Shown one piece after another: positions 50,406-60,607 of a stretch of DNA of 64,000 nucleotides. Under the pieces are notes generated by a model. The model saw nothing but the letters and a program-made list of their open reading frames with translations. It ran no database searches and was not told the origin of the DNA. Position numbers and translations under genes: made by a program. Origin of the DNA: Obrimoposthia wandeli (Eukaryota); NCBI GenBank assembly GCA_977020255.1, contig CDROCS010002834.1, positions 124,001-188,000 on the forward strand, given 5' to 3'. Numbering within the stretch: the stretch's first letter is position 1; every line of letters begins with the position of its first letter.

Positions 50406-51419
50406 TTATAAATCAAATTTCACTTCATCAAGAAGTTTGATTGCAGCGCTATGATACTCAGCCACTTTTTCTAGTGGTAAATCGTCTGCTTTAAAGTCGC
50501 CCCATGATGCAACAAGCTCTGAGCGCTTAACACCCTCTTTAACTGGGTACTCATAGTTTACTTCTGCATACATCTGCTGAGCTTTATCGCCTGTTAGGTA
50601 TTCCATCAGCTTTTGAGCATTATCTTTGTTCGGCGCGTATTTCGCCATTGCCATGCCACTTACGTTTACGTGCGTGCCATTGCCTTTTTGCCCAGGGAAG
50701 TCGATGTAAACCGCTTCAGCCCATGACTTCTGCTTCTCATCATTCATCATCTTGCCTAGGTAATAACTATTACCGATGGCTAAATCACAAAGACCTTCTT
50801 TAACCGCTTTAACCTGATCACGGTCATTACCTTGTGGCTTACGTGCAAGGTTAGCTTTCACACCTTCTAGCCATGTTTTAGCTTCAGCTTCACCGTAGTG
50901 AGCAATCATCGACGACACAAGTGAAATATTATATGGATGTTTGCCTGAACGAGTACAAATTTTGCCTTTCCACTCTGGCTTAGCAAGATCAGTGTAATCA
51001 AATTCAGCGGGTAGGTGGCCAACACGATCGCGTGATGAGTACACGTTACGGCTACGTAATGTTAGTGCAAACCACTCATCTTCTGAATCACGGTATTGTG
51101 CCGGAACATTTAACTCAATTTCTTTACTGTCAACGGGTTGAACTAACTTCATCTCAGCAAGTTCAACTAAACGGCTAATATCCGTTGTTAGTACAACGTC
51201 GGCTGGGCTGTACTCGCCTTCTTGCTTTAATTTCTCTGACAAGCCCTGTTTTGCGAACTTAACATTTACTTTAATACCCGTTTCTTGAGTGAATTCTTTA
51301 AACATTGGTTCAACCAAAAACGGCTGACGATAAGAGTAAACATTCACTTCTTCAGCAGCAATTGCTGCTTGAGGTGCAGCAAGACCAAATAAGATTGCCG
51401 AAGCCAACAGCTTTTTCAT
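50406..51419 (-). CDS. fbpA: Fe(3+) periplasmic binding protein
   Basis: Signal peptide, VYSYRQ, GNDRDQ, GNSYYLG tyrosine pair; start at ATG 51419. Confidence 0.93.
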   Translation of the reverse strand: MKKLLASAILFGLAAPQAAIAAEEVNVYSYRQPFLVEPMFKEFTQETGIKVNVKFAKQGLSEKLKQEGEYSPADVVLTTDISRLVELAEMKLVQPVDSKEIELNVPAQYRDSEDEWFALTLRSRNVYSSRDRVGHLPAEFDYTDLAKPEWKGKICTRSGKHPYNISLVSSMIAHYGEAEAKTWLEGVKANLARKPQGNDRDQVKAVKEGLCDLAIGNSYYLGKMMNDEKQKSWAEAVYIDFPGQKGNGTHVNVSGMAMAKYAPNKDNAQKLMEYLTGDKAQQMYAEVNYEYPVKEGVKRSELVASWGDFKADDLPLEKVAEYHSAAIKLLDEVKFDL

Positions 51420-51448
51420 TGAGTTAAATCCCTTAATGCAAAGTGCAA

Positions 51449-51463
51449 TGATAATAATTATCA
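51449..51463. promoter_or_regulatory. Fur box upstream of fbpA
   Basis: Perfect 7-1-7 palindrome TGATAAT-A-ATTATCA. Confidence 0.9.
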
Positions 51464-51521
51464 ATATCGCTCAATTATACTGTAGCACTTCAACAAAACA
51501 ATGCTCTGAAACAAAATAAAT

Positions 51522-51554
51522 AAAAAAAACGCTGCTAATTAGCAGCGTTTTTTT
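51522..51554 (-). terminator. Terminator of glnK-amtB
   Basis: AAAAAAAACGCTGCT-aatt-AGCAGCGTTTTTTT. Confidence 0.9.
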
Positions 51555-51624
51555 AAGTTGTGAACTAAATATATGTTACCTATTTCGTATGCGATTTCAC
51601 ACAGACAAACTTAACTCACATTTT

Positions 51625-52854
51625 TTATTTTAGACTTACAAATTCAGGATAAGCATCGACACCACAGTCATGTAAATCCATTCCTGCCATTTCTTCTTCT
51701 TCCGTAACACGAATACCAATGGTCACTTTAATAACAAACCAAACCACAAAGCTTGCCGTAAACACCCACGAAAAGATAACCGCAGCACCTAATAACTGAG
51801 CACCAAATGATGCATCACCGTTGCTGAAAGGCACAACCATAAGGCCAAAGAAACCACACACACCGTGTACCGAAATAGCGCCAACAGGATCGTCAATCTT
51901 GATTTTATCGAGCATAATAATACTAAAGATCACTAATGCACCCGCAACCACACCCACAATCACAGAGGCAATCGGTGATGGTGACAGTGGATCGGCAGTG
52001 ATCGCAACTAAACCAGCCAATGCCCCGTTCAATATCATGGTTAAATCCGCTTTACCCCACATAGTTTTACACACTGCCAGTGCTGCAATAGCACCTGCCG
52101 CAGCGGCTGCATTAGTATTTAGGAAGATTTGACCAACAGCTGATGCGTTTTCAAAGTCAGACAGCATTAGCTGTGAACCACCGTTGAAACCGAACCAGCC
52201 TAACCAAAGAATAAAGGTACCTAAAGTGGCTAATGGCATATTAGAACCAGGAATCGGGTTGATTTCACCGTTCTTACCATATTTACCTTTACGTGCACCC
52301 AGTAATAAAACACCCGCTAATGCAGCTGAAGCACCCGCCATGTGAACAATACCCGAGCCAGCAAAATCACTGAACCCTGCTTCAGATAGGAAACCACCGC
52401 CCCATGTCCAGTAACCTTCCATTGGGTAAATAAAGGCCGTCAAAACAACAGAGAAAAGAAGGAAAGACCACAGCTTCATTCGCTCTGCCACCGCACCAGA
52501 TACCACTGACATCGCGGTTGCGACAAACACAACTTGGAAGAAGAAATCAGACTCAAGTGAGTGATCGGCACCTTCTGCTTGCGTACCAATTAAGGCACCA
52601 ATTGAAGGTAACCAGCCCCCCTCACCATTATCAACGTACATGATGTTATAACCAACAATAAGGTATGTAATACATGCAATCGCATATAGGCAAAAGTTTT
52701 TGGTTAAAATTTCAGTGGTGTTTTTTGAACGTACCAGACCAGCTTCTAGCATGGCGAATCCTGCCGCCATCCACATAACCAATGCGCCTGATATTAAAAA
52801 GAAGAATGTATCGAGAGCATAACGCAGCTCTGTAACAGTTGCTGTCAATTCCAT
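51625..52854 (-). CDS. amtB: Ammonium transporter
   Basis: DFAGSGIVHMAG, GWFGFNGGS, DDPVGAISVHG (twin His). Confidence 0.96.
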   Translation of the reverse strand: MELTATVTELRYALDTFFFLISGALVMWMAAGFAMLEAGLVRSKNTTEILTKNFCLYAIACITYLIVGYNIMYVDNGEGGWLPSIGALIGTQAEGADHSLESDFFFQVVFVATAMSVVSGAVAERMKLWSFLLFSVVLTAFIYPMEGYWTWGGGFLSEAGFSDFAGSGIVHMAGASAALAGVLLLGARKGKYGKNGEINPIPGSNMPLATLGTFILWLGWFGFNGGSQLMLSDFENASAVGQIFLNTNAAAAAGAIAALAVCKTMWGKADLTMILNGALAGLVAITADPLSPSPIASVIVGVVAGALVIFSIIMLDKIKIDDPVGAISVHGVCGFFGLMVVPFSNGDASFGAQLLGAAVIFSWVFTASFVVWFVIKVTIGIRVTEEEEMAGMDLHDCGVDAYPEFVSLK

Positions 52855-52906
52855 GGTTGTTTCCCCTGTAACTGCTAATTTTTATTTTAAATATATAAAA
52901 TGTTGC

Positions 52907-53326
<420 letters not shown>

Positions 53327-53368
53327 TCAAATGCTTAAATTATTAGCCTCATAAAAATAGAAAAAGGC

Positions 53369-53385
53369 TGCACCAATAAGATACA
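53369..53385. promoter_or_regulatory. Candidate NtrC site, overlapping the yacL terminator hairpin
   Basis: TGCACCA-ATA-AGATACA compared with TGCACCA-N3-TGGTGCA; hairpin AAAAGGCTG...CAGCCTTTT. Confidence 0.5.
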
Positions 53386-53432
53386 GCCTTTTCACTATAA
53401 AGAAGCAATGTCGTAAAAAAGTGTTAAACCAC

Positions 53433-53801
53433 TTAAAAACGAGTTACAAATGCCCGCCAAGCTTGCAGTACTAACTCAAAATCTTCAAAACCACAACACG
53501 CCACACTCTCGTCATCATAGAAGTGCATGTCTTCATCGAAATCTTCTTCTTCTTCAGAGAACAAATAGTTAGCTTGAACTATTGCTTCATAATCTTGCAA
53601 AATCAAACTGAGATCATCACCCAATAACCGCCATTCTTTGGTGCTATCTTTTAATGCACCGATTTGGCTCAGGATGGTATCCATTTTATCAAAATCTTTG
53701 CCAACTTCTTCAATCAACCAACGGCCAATAATTTCATGACCCATAGAAAAAGTGGCATGATAGCTACCGTCTAGGGTGTTTTTCTTAAATTCGTAGTCCA
53801 T
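53433..53801 (-). CDS. yacL: UPF0231 protein YacL
   Basis: MDYEF, SMGHE, acidic tract, CGFEDF; start at ATG 53801. Confidence 0.9.
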   Translation of the reverse strand: MDYEFKKNTLDGSYHATFSMGHEIIGRWLIEEVGKDFDKMDTILSQIGALKDSTKEWRLLGDDLSLILQDYEAIVQANYLFSEEEEDFDEDMHFYDDESVACCGFEDFELVLQAWRAFVTRF

Positions 53802-53875
53802 AGCTAGCCTCAAACTCTGTCGTATTCTTGGTATAATATCTGGAAGACCGCACATTCTCAGGATCTGAACCAATA

Positions 53876-55033
53876 ATGCAACTGAATGCCACCATTGCTC
53901 GACAAATAGTTGAGCGCGCTATGAAGATCATTAAATATTCCGTCAATGTGATGGACGAACAAGGCCGCATTATTGGCTCTGGTGATCCTTCTCGCCTAAA
54001 CCAGCGCCATGAAGGAGCAATTCTGGCACTCAACGATCATCGTATTGTTGAAATAGATGACGCCACCTCTAAACAACTTAAAGGCGTTAAACCGGGCATT
54101 AATTTTCCGATCATCTTTCAACATAAAGCGATTGGTGTAGTGGGAATATCTGGCGAACCGGACTCAGTGCGTAATTATGGCGAGTTAGTAAAAATGACCG
54201 CTGAATTAATCGTAGAACAAGCCGCATTAATGGCACAGGTTCAGTGGAATAAGCGCCACCGTGAAGAATTGGTTCTACAGTTGATTGAAGAAGGGTCTGA
54301 GTTAAATGAAAACCAATTGCTCTCCATTGCTGAACGGTTAGATTTGGATCTTGCTCAGCCTCGTATTGCTGCGATTGTAAAAGTATACCCCGTAAAAGGT
54401 GAAAGCTTATCGTTAGATCACCTGCAACGTTTAGTCCATCTGCTTGAATACCCAGAGCGGGATAATTTGGTCGGAATTGCCTCGGTATCGATGAATGAAG
54501 TTGTGGTACTCAAACCCATAGCCTTAAGCGATAACGGTTGGTCTCGCGCGCTAGAGCAAAAACGGGTCAATCAATTAATGAAGCGGGTCACGAAAGAAGG
54601 TGACTTTACAATTCGAATCGCCTTAGGTGATTACTTCCCTTCGTTGCAAGGTCTCTCTCAGTCTTTCATGACGGCAAAAGCCACCATGGAAGCCGGTAAT
54701 ACGATTAACAGTAAACAAGAAAATGTACTGTTCTACCAAGATCATATCTTGCCAGTCTTACTCAATGGTTTAAAAGATGACACTTGGCGTCAGAAGCAAT
54801 TGCAAATGCCGTTAGTTAAACTGCAACAAAATGATCCTCGCGGTATATTAGTTAAAACATTGAAAGCATTTTTTGTTCAAAATTGTGATTTAGCTCAAAC
54901 ATGCGAAATGCTACATATCCACCGAAACACACTTCGTTATAGATTAGAGAAAATAGAAAAAGAAACATCATTAAATTTCAACAACATAAGCGACAAGACC
55001 CGCTTATATTTATCAGTAATAAATCACTCATAA
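53876..55033 (+). CDS. cdaR: Sugar diacid/glycerate regulator CdaR (SdaR)
   Basis: VNVMD..G.IIGSGD, GINFPI, C-terminal [18 protein letters not shown]. Confidence 0.92.
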   Translation: MQLNATIARQIVERAMKIIKYSVNVMDEQGRIIGSGDPSRLNQRHEGAILALNDHRIVEIDDATSKQLKGVKPGINFPIIFQHKAIGVVGISGEPDSVRNYGELVKMTAELIVEQAALMAQVQWNKRHREELVLQLIEEGSELNENQLLSIAERLDLDLAQPRIAAIVKVYPVKGESLSLDHLQRLVHLLEYPERDNLVGIASVSMNEVVVLKPIALSDNGWSRALEQKRVNQLMKRVTKEGDFTIRIALGDYFPSLQGLSQSFMTAKATMEAGNTINSKQENVLFYQDHILPVLLNGLKDDTWRQKQLQMPLVKLQQNDPRGILVKTLKAFFVQNCDLAQTCEMLHIHRNTLRYRLEKIEKETSLNFNNISDKTRLYLSVINHS

Positions 55034-55038
55034 AAAAC

Positions 55039-55066
55039 CATTAATTGTGCAAGCGCACAATTAATG
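55039..55066. promoter_or_regulatory. 12-4-12 palindrome, candidate CdaR operator
   Basis: CATTAATTGTGC-aagc-GCACAATTAATG, ~150 bp upstream of the transporter gene. Confidence 0.55.
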
Positions 55067-55213
55067 AGGCACGGTTTCTTCATTATTTGTCACTTCGCCT
55101 AAAGCATCCCCTCTTCTAACTCCGTACAGTTGCGGCAACTCAGACATTTTATGTTTGCTTATCATTTTTCGTGATCGCCAACAGGCTATTACATCTTTAC
55201 GGAAGAAAAGACG

Positions 55214-56479
55214 ATGGTAGAAGTATCAACTCTCGGAGCTCTAGCGGCTCTAGTGGTCGCAATCAGTTTAATCCTAAAGAAAGTACCACCAGCTTACGGC
55301 ATGATCATTGGTGCACTTGTCGGTGGCGTTATCGGCGGTGTATCACTCACCGACACCGTTAGCCTGATGATTGGCGGTGCACAAGGTATCGTTACTGCTG
55401 TATTACGTATTTTAGCCGCTGGTGTACTGGCTGGTGTATTGATTGAATCGGGTGCAGCAACATCGATTGCTGAAACCATTGTCAAGAAAGTTGGTGAAAC
55501 CCGCGCATTACTAGCTCTTGCAGTAGCCACAATGATTCTAACGGCTGTGGGTGTATTTGTAGATGTGGCTGTTATTACTGTCGCGCCTATCGCGCTTGCC
55601 ATTGCACGCCGTGCCGATTTATCGAAAATGGCGATTCTATTAGCCATGGTTGGCGGCGGTAAAGCGGGTAACGTGATGTCGCCGAACCCTAATGCAATTG
55701 CAGCAGCTGACGCATTTAATGTGCCTCTTACATCAGTGATGGCTGCAGGTGTTATCCCTGGTCTATGTGGTATGTTCTTCGCTTACTACATTGCAAAAAA
55801 ACTGGTTAACAAAGGCAGTAAAGTTCAAGAGCATGAAGTGGTAGCCGTTGATCACAGTCGCTTACCCACATTCGCCGCTTCAATCGTTGCCCCTCTTGTT
55901 GCTATTGCACTATTAGCGTTACGTCCGATTGCGGGTATTAATGTCGACCCTTTAATTGCACTACCTTTAGGTGGCCTAATGGGCGCTGTAGCCATGGGAC
56001 GCTTTCGTGATACCAACCACTTTGCCGTTTCAGGTCTTAGTCGTATGGCTCCTGTCGCTGTCATGTTATTGGGTACAGGTACGCTTGCCGGTATTATCGC
56101 AAACTCTGGTTTGAAAGATGGTTTAATCGATATTCTAACGACCTCTGGTTTACCTTCTTACTTATTAGCACCCATTTCAGGTGCCATGATGGCACTGGCG
56201 ACTGCCTCAACAACGGCAGGTACTGCGGTTGCATCAAGTGTCTTTAGCCACACCATTCTTGAACTCGGAGTGCCAGCACTTGCAGGGGCTGCAATGATCC
56301 ACGCTGGTGCAACCATTACCGATCACATGCCACATGGTAGTTTCTTCCATGCAACTGGCGGTGCGGTGCACATGGATATTAAAGAACGTTTAAAACTTAT
56401 TCCTTACGAATCTGCTGTTGGTCTGATGATCGCTGTTGTTTCAACTCTCATCTTTGGTGTATTTGGTCTGTTCGTTTAA
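55214..56479 (+). CDS. GntP-family permease, probable D-glycerate transporter
   Basis: 421 aa multi-TM protein, GKAGNVMSPNPN, DHMPHGSFFH; lies between cdaR and glycerate kinase. Confidence 0.8.
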   Translation: MVEVSTLGALAALVVAISLILKKVPPAYGMIIGALVGGVIGGVSLTDTVSLMIGGAQGIVTAVLRILAAGVLAGVLIESGAATSIAETIVKKVGETRALLALAVATMILTAVGVFVDVAVITVAPIALAIARRADLSKMAILLAMVGGGKAGNVMSPNPNAIAAADAFNVPLTSVMAAGVIPGLCGMFFAYYIAKKLVNKGSKVQEHEVVAVDHSRLPTFAASIVAPLVAIALLALRPIAGINVDPLIALPLGGLMGAVAMGRFRDTNHFAVSGLSRMAPVAVMLLGTGTLAGIIANSGLKDGLIDILTTSGLPSYLLAPISGAMMALATASTTAGTAVASSVFSHTILELGVPALAGAAMIHAGATITDHMPHGSFFHATGGAVHMDIKERLKLIPYESAVGLMIAVVSTLIFGVFGLFV

Positions 56480-56492
56480 GAGGCTTATTATT

Positions 56493-57629
56493 ATGAAAAT
56501 TGTTATTGCTCCTGATTCTTATAAAGAAAGCCTAACGGCAATGGAAGTGGCTACCGCGATTGAAGCCGGCTTTCGCCAAGTTATGCCAAATGCTGAATAC
56601 CACAAACTGCCAATGGCTGATGGCGGTGAAGGAACCGTTCAATCATTGATTGACGCGACAGATGGCACCATTATCGAACACACGGTTACCGGTCCTCTTG
56701 GTGAGCAAGTCAAAGGGTTTTACGGCCTGATGGGCGACGGTAAAACAGCAATCATCGAAATGGCAGCAGCCTCTGGTTTGCACTTAGTGCCAGCAGAAAA
56801 ACGTAACCCATTACTGACCACCAGCTTTGGTACTGGCGAACTGATTAAAGCTGTTCTTGACCAAGGTGTTGAGCATATTATTGTGGGTATTGGCGGCAGT
56901 GCAACCAATGATGGCGGCCTTGGCATGGCACAAGCGTTGGGCATCAAAATGCTTAATGCTCAAGATAACGAACTAGGGTACGGCGGCGGTGAATTAGCGC
57001 AACTTGCGCGTATTGATATGTCTGGCATTGATCCTCGCCTTGCAAAGATTAAACTTGAAGTGGCTTGCGATGTAGATAACCCATTATGTGGATTAAAAGG
57101 TGCATCGCATATCTTTGGCCCACAGAAAGGCGCGACTCCCGCAATTGTTGAGCAACTAGATGCTAGCCTTGCGCACTACGCTGAGATAATCAACGTACAG
57201 CTAGGCCAAAATATAAAAGATATTCCCGGTGCAGGTGCAGCTGGTGGTTTAGGTGCGGCATTACTCGGACTGTTTAATGCAAGCTTACGCCCTGGTATTG
57301 ATATCGTAATGGATGCTGTTAATTTTACCGATATCGTCTCGGATGCTGATTTAGTTATTACCGGCGAAGGGCGTATTGATAGCCAAACCATTCATGGAAA
57401 AACCCCGATTGGCGTCGCACGTGCAGCCAAAAAGTTCCATATACCAGTCATTGGTATCGCGGGATGTTTATCTGACGACTGTGATGTGGTTTACCAGCAT
57501 GGTATTGATGCTGTCTTCAGTGTTGTTCCACGTGCGATGGCATTATCTGATGCCTTCGCGGAAGCAGCCTTTAACGTTCAGATGACGGCACGTAATGTTG
57601 CAACCATGCTGACGATAGAGAAGCGATAG
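56493..57629 (+). CDS. garK: Glycerate kinase (GlxK/GarK family)
   Basis: MKIVIAPDSYK, PMADGGEG, GGSATNDGG, GAGAAGGLG, TGEGRID, GKTP. Confidence 0.9.
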   Translation: MKIVIAPDSYKESLTAMEVATAIEAGFRQVMPNAEYHKLPMADGGEGTVQSLIDATDGTIIEHTVTGPLGEQVKGFYGLMGDGKTAIIEMAAASGLHLVPAEKRNPLLTTSFGTGELIKAVLDQGVEHIIVGIGGSATNDGGLGMAQALGIKMLNAQDNELGYGGGELAQLARIDMSGIDPRLAKIKLEVACDVDNPLCGLKGASHIFGPQKGATPAIVEQLDASLAHYAEIINVQLGQNIKDIPGAGAAGGLGAALLGLFNASLRPGIDIVMDAVNFTDIVSDADLVITGEGRIDSQTIHGKTPIGVARAAKKFHIPVIGIAGCLSDDCDVVYQHGIDAVFSVVPRAMALSDAFAEAAFNVQMTARNVATMLTIEKR

Positions 57630-57668
57630 CAAGAAACAGACTCCTAGAACCGAGTTTCGAGCCCCAAG

Positions 57669-57710
57669 AAAAAAGGGTAAGCCCAAAAATGGCTTACCCT
57701 TTCTCTTTTT
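57669..57710. terminator. Bidirectional terminator between garK and acnB
   Basis: AAAAAAGGGTAAGCC-caaaaat-GGCTTACCCTTT. Confidence 0.85.
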
Positions 57711-57773
57711 ATCAAGATCGAGTTCTGCTAAGGCTAACTTACTTAGCCTCTAGAATCGCGCCCCTCAATACTA

Positions 57774-60371
57774 TTAAACCGCTTCTTGAATAATCACATC
57801 AGCCGCTTTCTTGGTATAAGAATCCATGCGATGGAAGTTCAAGTAACGGTATGTATCTGCCGCTGTCGCATCAATCTGCCTCGCGTACTCTAGGTATTCT
57901 TCCATTGTTGGAATGCGACCTAAAATAGCCCCCACCGCAGCAAGCTCTGCCGACGAAAGGTACACATTCGCCCCAGTGCCTAAACGGTTCGGGAAGTTAC
58001 GGGTTGAGGTTGAAATAACCGTCGCTTTATCTGCAACACGTGCTTGGTTACCCATACACAGTGAACAACCAGGGGTTTCAATACGCACACCAGCACGGCC
58101 AAAGATGCTGTAATAGCCTTCTTCTGTTAGCTGATCACGGTCCATCTTCGTTGGCGGAGCCACCCAAAGACGCGTATCAAGCTGACCACCAAATTTCTCA
58201 AGCAGTTTACCTGCCGCACGGAAATGACCAATGTTCGTCATACAAGAACCAATAAATACTTCATCGATTTTCGTACCTTGAACATCAGATAGTAGGCGTG
58301 CATCATCAGGATCGTTTGGCGCACAAAGGATCGGTTGATCAATGTCTGCTAAATCAATGTCGATAATGTGTGCGTATTCCGCATCTTTATCAGCTTCCAT
58401 TAATTCAGGGTTCGCTAACCACTCTTCCATCGCGGTAATACGACGTTCAATCGTACGACGATCACCATAACCTTCAGCGATCATCCACTTCAACATCACG
58501 ACATTAGAGTTTAGGTATTCTGAAATAGACTCTTGCGATAACTTAACAGTACAACCCGCAGCACTTCGCTCAGCAGATGCATCAGATAATTCAAATGCTT
58601 GCTCAACACTTAAGTGTTCAACGCCTTCAATTTCTAATACTCGACCAGAGAATTCGTTAATTTTTCCTGTTTTTTCAACAGTCAACAAACCTTTTTGAAT
58701 TGCAAAATAAGGGATCGAATGCACTAAATCACGCAGGGTGATCCCTTCTTTCATTTCGCCTTTGAAACGAACCAAAATTGATTCTGGCATATCAAGAGGC
58801 ATTACACCTGTTGCGGCTGCAAATGCCACTAAACCAGAACCCGCAGGGAACGAAATACCCAGAGGGAAACGTGTATGTGAATCACCACCCGTACCTACCG
58901 TATCAGGTAGTAGCATACGGTTTAGCCATGAGTGAATAACACCATCACCAGGGCGTAACGCAACACCGCCACGGTTCATAATAAAATCTGGCAATGTATG
59001 GTGAGTATTGACATCGATTGGTTTTGGATATGCCGATGTATGACAGAAAGACTGCATGGTCAATTCAGCAGAAAAGCCAAGACAAGCTAGATCTTTCAGT
59101 TCATCACGCGTCATAGGGCCAGTAGTATCTTGCGAGCCTACAGTGGTCATTTTAGGTTCGCAGTATGTGCCAGGACGAATGCCTTCAACACCACATGCTT
59201 TACCGACCATTTTCTGTGCAAGGCTATAACCCTTGCCAGTGTCTTCCACGATACCCGGACGACGGAATACATCTGAAGACGGTAAGTTCAGAGCTTGACG
59301 CGCACGATCGGTTAAACCACGCCCGATGATCAATGGAATACGACCACCAGCACGTACTTCATCAATCAGTACGTCAGTTTTCAGAGCAAACGTCGAAACA
59401 ACATCACCGCTATCGTGGCTACGCACTTCACCTTTAAATGGGTAAACGTCAATCACGTCGCCCATATTCAGTGCAGATACATCAGCTTCAATCGGTAATG
59501 CGCCAGCATCTTCCATTGTATTGAAGAAAATAGGAGCAATTTTACCGCCAAGTACATAACCACCAGCACGCTTGTTGGGTACATATGGAATGTCATCACC
59601 CATGAACCAAAGCACAGAGTTAGTCGCAGATTTACGAGAAGAGCCCGTACCCACAACATCACCAACGTAAACTAATTGATGGCCTTTTTCTTGTAGCGTG
59701 GCGATTTGCTTAATTGGACCAATTGAACCATGTTGATCAGGTTCAATACCTTCACGCTCACTCTTTAACATCGCGAGTGCGTGAAGTGGAATATCTGGGC
59801 GAGACCATGCATCAGGGGCGGGTGACAAATCATCAGTATTTGTTTCGCCAGTCACCTTAAACACGGTTAAAGTGATTTTTTCTGCTAGTGCAGGTTTAGA
59901 TAGGAACCAGTCAGCATCGGCCCATGATTGGATCACTTGCTTTGCAAATTCGTTACCTGACTTGGCTTTCTCTTCTACATCATAGAAAGAATCAAACATT
60001 AGCAGAGTGTGAGAGAGCGTTTTCACTGCAATTGGAGCAAGCTTAGCATCATCAAGCAGCGAGATAAGTGGTTCAATATTATAACCACCCTGCATAGTGC
60101 CAAGCAGCTCTGCCGCTTTTTCTTTACTTACGATTGGAGAGGTAGCATCACCCGTCGTGATTGCAGCAAGAAAACCCGCTTTAACATAAGCGGCTTCATC
60201 TACGCCTGGGGGAATACGATTTTCTAACAGATCAAGCAGTACAGATTCTTCACCCGCTGGTGGTGTTTTTAACAACTCAACGAGAGCGGCAACCTGCTCA
60301 GCATTTAATGGCTGAGGGACAACCCCTTCTGCAGCACGCTCTTCGACGTGTTTACGGTAGGCTTCAAGCAC
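57774..60371 (-). CDS. acnB: Aconitate hydratase B
   Basis: 865 aa; [37 protein letters not shown]. Confidence 0.98.
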   Translation of the reverse strand: MLEAYRKHVEERAAEGVVPQPLNAEQVAALVELLKTPPAGEESVLLDLLENRIPPGVDEAAYVKAGFLAAITTGDATSPIVSKEKAAELLGTMQGGYNIEPLISLLDDAKLAPIAVKTLSHTLLMFDSFYDVEEKAKSGNEFAKQVIQSWADADWFLSKPALAEKITLTVFKVTGETNTDDLSPAPDAWSRPDIPLHALAMLKSEREGIEPDQHGSIGPIKQIATLQEKGHQLVYVGDVVGTGSSRKSATNSVLWFMGDDIPYVPNKRAGGYVLGGKIAPIFFNTMEDAGALPIEADVSALNMGDVIDVYPFKGEVRSHDSGDVVSTFALKTDVLIDEVRAGGRIPLIIGRGLTDRARQALNLPSSDVFRRPGIVEDTGKGYSLAQKMVGKACGVEGIRPGTYCEPKMTTVGSQDTTGPMTRDELKDLACLGFSAELTMQSFCHTSAYPKPIDVNTHHTLPDFIMNRGGVALRPGDGVIHSWLNRMLLPDTVGTGGDSHTRFPLGISFPAGSGLVAFAAATGVMPLDMPESILVRFKGEMKEGITLRDLVHSIPYFAIQKGLLTVEKTGKINEFSGRVLEIEGVEHLSVEQAFELSDASAERSAAGCTVKLSQESISEYLNSNVVMLKWMIAEGYGDRRTIERRITAMEEWLANPELMEADKDAEYAHIIDIDLADIDQPILCAPNDPDDARLLSDVQGTKIDEVFIGSCMTNIGHFRAAGKLLEKFGGQLDTRLWVAPPTKMDRDQLTEEGYYSIFGRAGVRIETPGCSLCMGNQARVADKATVISTSTRNFPNRLGTGANVYLSSAELAAVGAILGRIPTMEEYLEYARQIDATAADTYRYLNFHRMDSYTKKAADVIIQEAV

Positions 60372-60607
60372 GACATATTCCTCTTATTACGGTTTAGTTT
60401 TTATTAACTAAACATCCTTGGAAGTGATTGACCTCTTTGTTTTCCCGTATCATTTTGATAGGTATATACAGCACCGAATACGTGCAGAAGAGATCAAAAC
60501 CGTTCAAACACCATACCATTTTTAACTTAAAATTAAAATCCACTCGTTTTTTACAACATTCACACTTTCGAGAAAATTACGCCTGTAACACGATAATTTA
60601 CGGTTTA

